Below are positions 52,813-64,000 of a stretch of DNA of 64,000 nt, in pieces; the stretch's first letter is position 1, and each line of letters begins with the position of its first letter. The translations under genes were made by a program, and so were the position numbers. This stretch comes from Eledone cirrhosa. Taxonomy: Eukaryota. Where the stretch lies: the NCBI GenBank assembly GCA_964016885.1, contig OZ024743.1:28954001-29018000 (forward strand), read 5' to 3'. The notes beneath the pieces were generated by a model. That model was not told the DNA's origin. It ran no database searches and worked only from the letters and a program-made list of their open reading frames with translations.

Positions 52813-53859
52813 ATGGTGAAATGTGTGTTTGTGTAGATGCATATATGGGTATGTATATATATAACAATAATACAAAAATCCACCAGATTACAGATGGATG
52901 GATACACACATATTTGAAAATTAATATAATCTCCATAAATGAGGCAACATACATACTATTATTTTACTAATGAAGATTATGATGATTATAATGATGAACA
53001 CACACTAAACTATCCTTTCTTCCACCCCAAATATTTTACCCACACAACCAGAAAACTCTGTCTGTCTATTTAAAAACCTATGTGAATAAATAGTGGTTTT
53101 TACTTCAGACACATTGCTAATTTTTGTATGGGAGCAACATATTGTAGTTAGATATTTTTGCTGCCATATTGCTATTAAAAGGCACTATTATGATTTTGAA
53201 AGAATTTAGAAAATAGAGAATAATTTGGATGGATTTAGTAAATTAATTAAGATGACAATGGCTCTTACATAAAATTATGATGGAACGTTTTTAAATTAAT
53301 CTAACCACTTTAACACAAACAGTTTTGTAATATGGAACCAGGGGTGATTTCATGTGATTTGGTATCAAAAACATCAATCAAATCATGTATTTACTAATAC
53401 TTAATTTATCAAAAGTGGAGGAATAATATGTACTGTAATGTTAACTACAGCAAGATTTCAACTCATAAAGGAGATGAATTAAATATCATTGTTCCATTAC
53501 CGTTGTTCTCTTAATGATATAAAATAGTATGATATGAGCCTAATTTTTCATGTTTACATAAATATTATTTAAATTACTGTATTTTGTCTTTCCCAATAAA
53601 ATCTGCCATTTTCTTGAGACCTTCCATATATTGAAGTTAAAGCTGGTTCAGGAATTGAGCCCACAACATTATGGTGTTGGAATTACGGTGGATCGTCTTT
53701 AACTTTAACAATATATATCGACAGTTGATCAACAAGATCCCAGATCTCATTCGCTTCACGAGTGGGGTGGAGCTCGTCAAATTGGACTGAAGAAACAATG
53801 TTTCCATTGGTCTTTCCAATTGCTAATACTATCTATTAGTCGCAAATCCAGGTAGAAGG

Positions 53860-53979
53860 AGCAACGTGAAATAAAGTGTCTTGCTCAAGGACATAACACA
53901 TCGCCCGGTCCGGGAATCAAACTCACAACTTCATGATTGTGAATCCAATTCTCTAACCACTCAGCCACAGACCTTCACA
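53860..53979 (-). mobile_element. SINE family 1 copy
   Basis: Minus: tggctgagtggttagag..gagtttgattcccgg..tccttgagcaagacacttt. Confidence 0.8.
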
Positions 53980-54118
53980 TAATATATATAAAAGGTCACA
54001 ATAACAAACTTTCTGAAAAATGTCTAACATAAACACTTTTAAAGAAATGAATCATGAAATAATCAGAAGCCCGAAATTTCATTAAAGCTTGATAACTTTG
54101 TAAGCAAATTTTATTTAA

Positions 54119-54628
54119 TACTAGCAGAGGTACCCGGTGTTGCTCGGGTATTAAATAGCAGTTATGTATACCATTTATGTCAATACTTCAGTGCTGCTTC
54201 GAAAACTATACTTTTACAAAATCATCCGCTTTTTCCAAAAGGAGGTTCCTGCCCCCACAGGTCCCCTACTCAATATGTGCCAATTCTGAGAATTCACATT
54301 CATCTGTAAAACAAACGTAGCCCATGTGTCAAGTTTTGTGAAAATCGGTTGCGAACTCCAGAAGTTATGACGTTTTGTTGCATTGCACTGCAGTGCTTCA
54401 GTCGACTCCAAGGAAGTGGTTAAAGGGGGTTATCTGCCGGGAGGCCCTATAATCAATATCTGGAAAAATGAAAGTGCCCATGACCATCCGGAGTACATAA
54501 GTAACCTGTCTTAAGTTTGGTGAAAATACTGTAGAAATGCATAAGGTTTACACACACGTGCGCGTGTTTGTGTGTGTGTATGTATTTGTGTGTGCGTATG
54601 TATGTGTATGTCCGTCGGCGCATATATA
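54119..54628 (+). mobile_element. Helitron-like non-autonomous element (Lep1/HINE-like)
   Basis: 5' actagcag + hairpin tacccggtgttgctcgggta; internal caagttttgtgaaaatcggt motif; microsatellite end. Confidence 0.55.
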
Positions 54629-55004
54629 CTGGCCTAAATCTTCACTATTTACTTTTACTATTTTAATAACCTCTGTCATTTTCGTTTTCAATTTTATTTA
54701 CATCATACTTAAACTCCGGGGCTGGAAATCATTCGGTTATATTAAATAGAATATTAGTCTAACGACTTCATTTACACCATAAACTTGGTCTTGTCTTTGC
54801 ATGAAATTGTTCTTCTTGGTCCACATAACAACGTATTATCCTCACTTTTTTTCGGTTCATTACCAGGGAACGTCTTCACAAACCAAAATATCGCCTTCCT
54901 GTTTTCCTCCGGTTGAAACGTTTCTCGAAATATTTACTTATGTGTTCACAGATTAAATTTTTTAGTTTCAGAAGATCCCGTTAATGTTGAAAGCAGCGAT
55001 TCTT

Positions 55005-55040
<36 letters not shown>

Positions 55041-55619
55041 AAGAGAGATGTTTTGTACGGCTTTTGGAGGAAGGAATGATCAGCAGTACGTTGTTCGGTA
55101 TTATTACGGAAAGGTGTAGCAGAGAATCCCACATGGACTAACAGCTCGGGAGGAACCTGCTTACCTCGAAGATTCATTTGCCATCGTTCTTGTCAACGCT
55201 CCGTTTACTTGGTATTTGTTGGTCTACAGTTAGATGAATGGCGCACAAAGGGTTAATGTTTATTGGCAAGAAGTTTTTTGAATAATAAAAGACGGGTTAA
55301 AGCGACCTACAATGTATCTGTGTGTGTATATATATATATATATCATAAATCATGTCTTTAGAATCATCAGATAATAAAATATATACTATTTCTTCTTCTA
55401 ATTAGCATAACTAACCATATAAAAAATCATCATTTTTTAATTTATTAATTCTTCATAGAGCTTAAAAGTTATCTGATGATTCTAAAGACATGATTTATGA
55501 TATAATGCTCTGATTTTTTAATTTATTAATTCTTCATAGAGCTTAAAAGTGACCAGTTACAACATGTATATATCTATAACTTTATGTATATGTTAACCTT
55601 TATATATATATATATATAT

Positions 55620-55815
55620 AAGTGGTTACACAACAGTTAGTTCACCATACCAAGAACAATCGTTTCACCTTAGCGGATCCTCAGCTGAGGATCCGCTAAG
55701 TAGAACAATTGTTCTCGGTATGGTGAACTAACTGTTGTGTAACCACTTCTATCTAACTTGTCCCATGGACTGAGTGCTCTACCACTACGGATATAACCTT
55801 CCAGTGTTCTACCAC
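55620..55815. mobile_element. Palindromic HHR-containing fragment (Penelope-like) in (TA)n
   Basis: ~64-bp arms centred at 55684/55685; minus arm reads CUGAGGA-UCC-GCUAA-GGU-GAAAC-GAUU-GUU. Confidence 0.65.
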
Positions 55816-56143
55816 TATATATATATACACAGATACATATATATATATATATATATATGTGTGTATGTATGCATATATATATATATACATGTGTGTGTAT
55901 GTATGTATATATATATACATATATTTTTATGTGTATATTTATATATGTGTATATCTATATATGTGTATGTGTTTGTATATGTATATATATATATTGTTAT
56001 GCTTTGAGAGGGTCATGTTGCCAATAAGAAACACACGCACCAGTTGCTTTCACTCCAATTTATTATAAATTAAATTTATCAATTTAAGAATTTATAAATT
56101 TCCGGTTGGTTGGTTCCCATAACTGGACGGTTGTTCATATATT

Positions 56144-56186
56144 GTCAAAGTTCTTTCGTCACACATTCTGTGACCTCTTCAGAGAC
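56144..56186 (-). ncRNA. Minimal type I hammerhead (stem I mismatch)
   Basis: GUCU-CUGAAGAG-GUCACA-GAAUG-UGUGAC-GAAAG-AA-CUU-UGAC. Confidence 0.65.
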
Positions 56187-56277
56187 TGGGGATTCTTTTC
56201 TTTGTTTTTGTGCCTCTCCTTTGTGCTTCTCCTTGACAGAACAAAGAGAGGCACAAAAACAAAGAAAAGAATCCCCA

Positions 56278-56320
56278 GTCACTGAAGAGGTCACAGAATG
56301 TGTGACGAAAGAACTTTGAC
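56278..56320 (+). ncRNA. Minimal type I hammerhead
   Basis: GUCA-CUGAAGAG-GUCACA-GAAUG-UGUGAC-GAAAG-AA-CUU-UGAC; stem I GUCA/UGAC. Confidence 0.8.
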
Positions 56321-56996
56321 AATATATGAACAACCGTCCGGTTATGGAACACACCAACCAACCGGAAATTTATAAATTTAATTTATAATAAATTGAAGTG
56401 AAAGCAACTGGTGCGTGTGTTTCTTATTCGCAACATGACCCTCTCAAAGCATAACAATATCGGTTTCAACACACGTTTTCAGATAAAGAATCTTGCTAAA
56501 CAAATTCAGAAACGAAATATATATATATATATAGTTAAAAGAATAGAGGTGTAACACACAAGTTATTATATATTGGTAAACGGAATAGAAAATGCTGACA
56601 AATTGTTCACAGTTGAAAAATGGTTTAATTAGGAATAAAAGAGTATTAGTGATTGTATGGGTTAGTATTCAGTTGTGGTTTTAAGTTTTTAAGTTTTTAC
56701 CGGTTGCGCATTTCTAAATGCTTTTCAAAAATAATTTTGAGATAGAGTGTCCGTGCTGTTTGCTCTGATCTGATTAGTTTTGGGAATTCTACCTGTTTTT
56801 ATGTTAAAAAAGTGGCTCCAGCGTTATTTTTGTGTTGCAAAAATGCTTGTGGTCAAAACAATTTTGATTGGTCGGTAGAGGTCATGTGAATGTAAAAAGT
56901 TGATTTTGCGCCAAGACTGTTTTTATGTTAAAATGTTAAAAAAGTGGCTCCAGCAAAAATTATTGGTCAAAACAATTTTGATTGGTCGGTAGAATC

Positions 56997-59030
56997 AAAA
57001 GGGTGGGAGTAGGGAAGAATATACAGCCACTAAGAGAGAAGCTAGACGTCAGGTGTACTTAGCACGCAGGGAGGCAGAGAGTAGGAGGTTTGCCAATGTT
57101 CTGCGACGGGAAGATCAGAGGCGTGCGGTGTTCCACATTGCAAGGCAGTGTCAATGCAAATCAGGATGTTGTTGGTGATAAATGTGTCCGGGATGATGCC
57201 GGTGTACTTAGTGTCACGAATGACCAGAAAAAGGAGGCCTGGAAATGTCATTATGAGAGACTGATGAATGTGGAGAACGAATGGGAGAGAGAGAAATTAC
57301 CCTTGGTAGATCCGACAGAGGGACCAGCTATTGAGATTGACGAATATAGGGTCCAAGAGGCGATTAGGGAAATGAAAAATGGTAAGGCGGCCGGACCATC
57401 GGGAATAGTTGCTGAGATGCTGAAGGCATCAGGGGACGTAGGCACTAAACTGGTTGCACGCATAATCAATCAGGCTATATATGGTGGTGTCATACCCAAA
57501 GACTGGTGCAGCAGTATTCTCATAAATTGCTACAAAGGTAAAGGGGATGCTTTGGAGAGGAGCAATTATAGGGGTATAAAACTGATAGATCAGGTTATGA
57601 AAGTGGCAGAAAGGATTTTAGCACAACTAATTAGAGAAAGGGTCAAACTAGATGAGATGCAGTTTGGTTTTGTGCCTGGGAAGAGTACAACAGATGCCCT
57701 CTTCTTGGTGAGACAAATGCAAGAGAGGTTCTTAGAGAAGAATAAGCCACTATACTTAGCCTTTGTTGACCTAGAGAAGGCCTTTGATAGGGTACCCCGA
57801 TCTGTCATCTGGTGGTCCCTAAGGAAGCTGGGTGTTGAGGAATGGCTTGTAAGGACAGTGCAAACTTTGTACAGAGGTACTCTCAGTAAAGTCAGGGTAG
57901 GAATGGAGTTTAGTGAGGAATTCCAGATACAAGTAGGAGTACATCAGGGTTCGGTCCTCAGCCCGCTCTTGTTCATTATAGTCCTCCAAGCCATAACAGA
58001 GGAGTTTAAGACTGGCTGTCCATGGGAACTTCTCTATGCTGACGATCTGGCTCTTATGGCAGAATCAGTAGAGGAGCTAGAGAATAAATTCCGGCTATGG
58101 AAACAGCAGTTGGAAGCAAGAGGACTGAGAGTAAATCTAGCTAAGACAAAAGTGTTGATGAGTAGAAAAGAGGACAAAACCCTGATTCCGTCAGGGAAAT
58201 GGCCATGTTCGATATGCAGAAAAGGAACTGGCATAAATTCTATAAAATGCACACAATGTAGGTCCTGGGTACACAAGAGATGTAGCGGGATAGCAGGCAA
58301 ACTAATAGGTAGGGAGAAATATGTATGCAGTAGATGTACAGGGAAATTAGACAGTAGAAGTCGCACTGATAGACACATTTTTCAAATGCGAGAGGGTGCT
58401 ATAGAAGTGGTGGATAGCTTCCGGTACCTAGGAGATCAGATTAGCATGGGAGGAGGGTGTTCCGAGGCCATAGTATCTAGAATAAGGACGGGTTGGAAGA
58501 AGTTTAGGGAGCTGCTTCCTCTGTTGACGAAGAAGGGTTTCTCCCTGCGTACGAAAGGCCGGTTGTATGATGCCTGTGTGAGGAGCGCGATGCTGCATGG
58601 TAGTGAGACATGGGCAGCTACCGCAGAAGATATGCGACGGCTGGAGAGAAATGAGGCAAGCATGCTCCGTTGGATGTGCAGTGTAAATGTGCGTGAACGA
58701 CCCAGCATAAATGTGTTGAGAGAGAAACTGTGTCTGAGAGGGATAGAATGTAGTGTACGGGAGAGGAGACTGAGGTGGTATGGACATGTGATGCGCATGG
58801 AGGATGACCGATGGGTGAAGAAGTGCCAGGAAATGCCAGTTGAAGGAAGACGTGGTAGAGGTAGACCACGAAAAACATGGGCGGAGGTGGTGAGAACAGA
58901 CCTCAGATCATTGAAGCTCACGGTGGAGATGACGAGGGACCGTGACGAGTGGAGAGATGCTGTGCTGAATAAGACCCGTCCCACCCTTACAAGCAGGGAA
59001 AAGCGGACGTAAAATGATGATGATGATGAT
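56997..59030 (+). mobile_element. 5'-truncated young RTE LINE (family A) with open RT ORF to 59012
   Basis: 640-aa ORF with all RT motifs and zinc finger; ends RPTLTSREKRT* + (GAT)n. Confidence 0.97.
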
Positions 59031-59094
59031 ATATATGTATATATGTATATGTGTATATATATATAAGTATATATGTATGTGTGTGTGTGTGTGA

Positions 59095-59375
59095 TGTAGC
59101 GAAGATAATACGTCAGCAATGACGTGTTCGTCAGAATGTCGTTATACAGACATACAGACAGATATTATAAGGGCTCGACGGAGATCGATAACCGGTGCCT
59201 AACATCCCTTTAACAACAGAAAATTGAAAAATAAAAGCTGCAGTTAGTATCTTTAGACTGCAAGGAATATATAAATGCAAGTTTGAAGTCAATCGGAGTA
59301 GAAATGTGGATTTGTATAGACTTTGCAAAAATGAGGACACACACAGACAACAACAGTTTTATATATATATAGATT
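59095..59375 (+). mobile_element. Helitron-like non-autonomous element 3' part (inverted copy ~60550-60830)
   Basis: caagtttgaagtcaatcggagtag...acacacagac...ttttatatatatatagat; further copies at 61770-61885 and 62480-62754. Confidence 0.55.
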
Positions 59376-59923
59376 AAAGTTAATGAGGGTTTCAAAAAAA
59401 GGAAATGTAAATATTTTAAAATTCAATGATTAAAACACAACCAAATATTTCCAAATTTAAATTTGGAGAACAAAAAGAATTCACAATTGATGACATGAAT
59501 ATTTTGGAAAAATTAAAATAATACAAAAAGAATAACTATTATTAGATCTCTTTTCTCAGTGACTTTATTTGTTTAACTTTGACTTTATGATGAAAATTTT
59601 CTCTCTATAGACAAAGAATTTTGAAACTATAAAGCTTCTGGCTATTTGAATTTGTCTAGAAAATGATATTATCAGCAGTAGTTGAAAGTCTAATAAATGT
59701 TTACCTATCTAGGATTGCTATATTGTGGAATATCTCTTTCATTTATTCCTGTTGTGTTATATATTTAAATTCACGGCTTAACTACACTAAACTAAGTCAT
59801 ATTGCTCCTGTCTAATTTTAGAGGTCCCAGCCGTAGACTGTGGGTCCTGACCCTTCAATTAAAAATTGATTTGTTTCAGTTCTCATTGTTGTTTGAAAAT
59901 TTCATTCAAAAATAATAACGTAC

Positions 59924-60022
59924 CTTCACGATAGATATGTTAGCCTTTCGAAAAGGCAGAATTAGATTATGGATTTTGATATCTTTCTCAACAACATTAA
60001 TAATGGATGAGAGCAGAAACAG
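59924..60022 (-). other. Exon-like block (LFLLSSIINVVEKDIKIHNLILPFRKANISIVK) inside the inverted-repeat loop
   Basis: Bounded by attgtag| and AAG|gtacg; 99 bp open frame. Confidence 0.4.
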
Positions 60023-60931
60023 CTACAATATGGAATAGCAAACAGTTGATGATGTTTCTCACTGTGGATTTAATTCTAGTCTGCAGCACTCCCAGTGGTT
60101 ATCAATATTTTAGAACTTCATGTTGATGGAACCACTTAAATTATATTTAATGCTTCAATAAAAAAAAAAGAAAATTTTAAAGCTTTTACTTGTTTCTTAT
60201 TTACATGAATTAAAATTATCATTAAACATTTATTAGACTTTCAACTACTGCTGATAATATCATTTTCTAGACAAATTCAAATAGCCAGAAGCTTTATAGT
60301 TTCAAAATTCTTTGTCTATAGAGAGAAAATTTTCATCATAAAGTCAAAGTTAAACAAATAAAGTCACTGAGAAAAGAGATCTAATAATAGTTATTCTTTT
60401 TGTATTATTTTAATTTTTCCAAATTATTCATGTCATCAATTGTGAATTCTTTTTGTTCTCCAAATTTAAATTTGGAAATATTTGGTTGTGTTTTAATCAT
60501 TGAATTTTAAAATATTTACATTTCCTTTTTTTGAAACCCTCATTAACTTTAATCTATATATATATAAAACTGTTGTTGTCTGTGTGTGTCCTCATTTTTG
60601 CAAAGTCTATACAAATCCACATTTCTACTCCGATTGACTTCAAACTTGCATTTATATATTCCTTGCAGTCTAAAGATACTAACTGCAGCTTTTATTTTTC
60701 AATTTTCTGTTGTTAAAGGGGTGTTAGGCACCGGTTATCGATCTGCGTCGAGCCCTTATAATATCTGTCTGTATGTCTGTATAATGACATTCTGACGAAC
60801 ACGTCATTGCTGACGTATTATCTTCGCTACATCACACACACACACATACATATATACTTATATATATATATATACATATATACATATATATACACATATA
60901 CATATATACACATATATACACATATACACAT

Positions 60932-60974
<43 letters not shown>

Positions 60975-60977
<3 letters not shown>

Positions 60978-61750
60978 TCATCATCATCATCATCATCAGG
61001 TTTAGCGTCCGTGTTCCACGCTTGCATGGGTTTGGACGGGGGTTTTCCCACTTGAGGCAAGAGTGGTTGTCTTGCTCGCATAGGACTGTCTGGCGGGTTT
61101 TCTACAGTTGGATGCCCTTCCTAACACCAACCACATTTACAGTGTGGGGCTGGGAGGTTTTTACCGTGTTGCCTACACGGCCACATTACAGCGTGGACTG
61201 TCTGGCGGGTTTTCTACAGCTGGATGCCCTTCCTAACACCAACCACATTTACAGTGTGGGGCTGGGAGGTTTTTACCGTGTTGCCTACACGGCCACATTT
61301 ACAGCGTGAACTGTGTGTTTTTTGTCGTGACACCTACACGATCTCATTTGTTTCGGCCTGGATGTTGTGGGACCAACATAACTTTACATTGAAAGGGGCG
61401 GTGTGGGTGGGGTGGAGGTGGTGGGACGGGGGTGTGTTTTGATAGAGATGCCTACTGACTGTAGTAGGTTTTTACTTTGTATTTAGGTAAGGCAGGTCTT
61501 CTCTATTACTGAGTACCGCCAAAGGTCTCGGTCCAGTGACATTGTCTTGGAGAGGTGTAAGCGTGTGAGGTCGGAATTTATCAGCTCGTCCCATGTTTTT
61601 CTGGGTCTGCCTACTCCGTGGCTACCGTCTATCTTTATTGCCCTGCACTTTGTTATACAGCTGTCGTCTTTCATGCGCATCACGTGACCGTACCAACGTA
61701 GCCTTCTCTCGAGTAAACAACATCTGATCCCTCTTATTTCTAATTTTTTC
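60975..61750 (-). mobile_element. RTE family B 3' fragment with duplicated module
   Basis: MRMKDDSCITKC..RPRKTW; near-identical to 7093-7796. Confidence 0.9.
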
Positions 61751-61943
61751 CTATATATATATATATATATACTAACTGCAGCTTTTATTTTTCAATTTGC
61801 AGATACTAAATGCAGCTTTTATTTTTCAATTTTCTGTTGTTAAAGGTGTGTTAGGCACCGGTTATCGATCTCCGTCGAGCCCTTATATATACATCATCAC
61901 TGTTTTACGTCCGTTCTTCCACGCTAGCATGGGTTTACTATAC

Positions 61944-62754
61944 ATTAGCTAGCAGTGGTACGCGGCGTTGTACGGGATAAGGTATTTTGGAATGCGGGCC
62001 GACAACAGACCTAATCGTGGAAAAGCTGGATGCCTGGACAATATGTAAAGAAAATAAACCGAATACTCTGATGGCTGGATAATCTAAGATTTTCCTCGAT
62101 GAAGCAGGAAAAAGGTAGGTTTTCACCTACTGCGGGCCCTAGGGGATCAAGAAAATGAATTTTTTTATGTGCATAACACTCCCTGAAATATAAGTAATAC
62201 ATATGTAAAGTTTGAAAAAGATCTGTTGGGTACTTCTCGGGTTTCACACACACATACATACATCATTCCTCAGTTTTATATATATACATATATAGATTAA
62301 AATAACAGATTAAAGTTTAAGCAAAGAATCGTTGCTTTTCCCCTTAATGGGATCTTCTGAAACTAAAAACATCAATCTGTGAATGCAGAAGTAAATATTT
62401 CGAAAAATGTTGCAACCGAAGCAAAACAGGAAGACGATACTTTGGTTCGTGAAGATGTTCCCTGGGAATGAACGGATAATAGCGAACATAATACGTCATC
62501 AATGTTCGTCAGAATGTTGTAATGTAGACAGCCAGGCATACAGATATTATAAGAGCGCGACGGAGATGGATAACCGGCGCCTAACACCCCTTTAACAACA
62601 GAAAATTGAAAAATAAAAGCTGCAGGTAATATCTTTAGACCACAAGGAATATATAAATGCAAGTTTGAAGTCAATCGGAGTAGAAATGTGGATTTGTATA
62701 GACTTTGCAAAAATGAGGACACACACACACAGACAACAGTTTTATATATATAGA
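61944..62754 (+). mobile_element. Two adjacent Helitron-like non-autonomous elements
   Basis: ctagcagtggtacgcggcgttgtacggga start; aaagtttgaaaaagatc / caagtttgaagtcaatcgg motifs; each ends ttttatatat..tagat. Confidence 0.5.
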
Positions 62755-64000
62755 TAACGATCATGTCAACTTTACAATGTACTTACTGATGCCTATTGGA
62801 ACAAAAGGAGCTGATTATCAGATTGGACCAAAGTAACTATGTTTCCATTGGTTTTTGTTGATATTGTCTGCCAGTCACAACTCATGGTAAAAGCAACACT
62901 GTTTTTCCGCTGACAGGAAGTGGGATTTGAACCCAGAATCTACAGAACCAGAACAGATGCCACAAAGTATTGCATCGAACTCATTGATAATTCCATTAAT
63001 TTATTTCTCTTGGATTGGTACTTTATTTATCAATCTTGAAAGGCTGGAGGGCAAAGTTGAACTTGGCAGGACATAAGCTCAGAACACAGAAAGCTGGAAC
63101 AAATGCCAAGACATTTAATCTGATGCTCTAATGGCTTAGTCAGTGCACTGGCTGTTGATGCCAACTGACAGTCAGGCTAACATGTCTTACGACTACAGTG
63201 CAGCACTTGTGACAGTATGTGAACTACCAACATTTTGGGTCATAGTCCTAAAACCAATCAATTCAGCAAACTGTGATCCTAACACTTCAATTTAAATTCT
63301 TTAATTAAGTTTTCATAAGTAAATACAACAATCAATATACCTGACATGATGGATCCACTAACTTATGGCATCTAAAACTTTAGCAATATGATTTCTTTTA
63401 TTCAAGGTGAAATATGTCTCACTGTATAATTGGCAAGTGTTTGTTCATAATACCATAGACTTCAATGGGATACTAACTATGCAGGAAAGAAGTATTACAA
63501 TGGAAGTATGAAGATAGAACTTATGAGCTCCAGAGAAATCTATAATTCCTCCAACATATCTTAATCAGACAGCCTATTATAATATTCAATACATATTGTT
63601 TACCCTAGATCAGCTCTGATCAAGTAAACCTATGATCAAAAAGTATGCCATTCACAACCATTTCATGGTATTCTTGGTTTTATTTTTCAGATGCAGTACA
63701 TCTAGAATCACATTATCTAATGTCCTTTTTTTAAGATAGCAATGTGTGATTTAAGGGATATTTGGCTGGTATTTCTCGAAGAAGAGGTGAACATGTAGAG
63801 GCACTCTCATTGGCTTGGCACAACACATGTATAGTGGAGTGGAAACCAGTGCCTACACTGTTATTTTATAGAACTAAAGCATAATGTACAACACATTGGT
63901 AAACTCCATATTTCAGATGTCCAGGTATCAGTCATGGTTCTAATCAAATAGATTATGAAATCTTAAAAGAATTTAGATGTCTATGATTATGTGAAACATT

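Larger units (their letters stand above)
55991..56517. mobile_element. Palindromic HHR-containing element (inverted Penelope-like pLTR pair) between TA-rich tracts
   Basis: Arms 55991-56218 / 56246-56460; the right copy extends a further ~57 bp to (TA)n. Confidence 0.8.
59014..60996. repeat. Inverted duplication (~690-bp arms, ~520-bp unique spacer)
   Basis: 59014-59703 is the reverse complement of 60223-~60996 with few differences; the microsatellite length differs. Confidence 0.95.

Noticed and set aside
56110-56357. Near-identical ORFs on both strands
   Set aside because: Consequence of the DNA palindrome.
56535-56995. Possible Penelope coding remnant with an ~70-bp direct repeat
   Set aside because: Too degenerate to support a call by eye.
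60785-60830. ctgacga + hairpin acgtca/tgacgt
   Set aside because: No downstream GAAA or stem III; part of the Helitron-like repeat.

Overview
AT-rich, repeat-dense eukaryotic DNA; there is no prokaryotic content. The RTE LINEs with (GAT)n tails, tRNA-derived SINEs and abundant (TA)n/(CAT)n tracts suggest an octopus/cephalopod genome (inference). Most long ORFs are transposon-derived. They include two RTE LINE families, CR1 fragments, a near full-length R4/Dong-like element, a hAT (Charlie/Buster) transposon inserted into a Penelope GIY-YIG gene, Helitron-like non-autonomous elements and two SINE families. Scattered minus-strand exon-like blocks resemble a decayed multi-repeat cyclic-nucleotide-gated channel gene. 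The most striking feature is a set of hammerhead-ribozyme (HHR) elements sitting in (TA)n tracts. One is a six-copy head-to-tail array of ~565-bp units (35.36-38.93 kb), each with a complete minus-strand type I hammerhead and ending in a perfect 150-bp fold-back, i.e. a retrozyme/Penelope-pLTR-like circRNA precursor. Three unrelated palindromic HHR elements lie at 16.7-17.4, 55.6 and 56.0-56.5 kb, and a degenerate HHR follows the Penelope endonuclease. All calls were made by eye and boundaries of degenerate elements are approximate.
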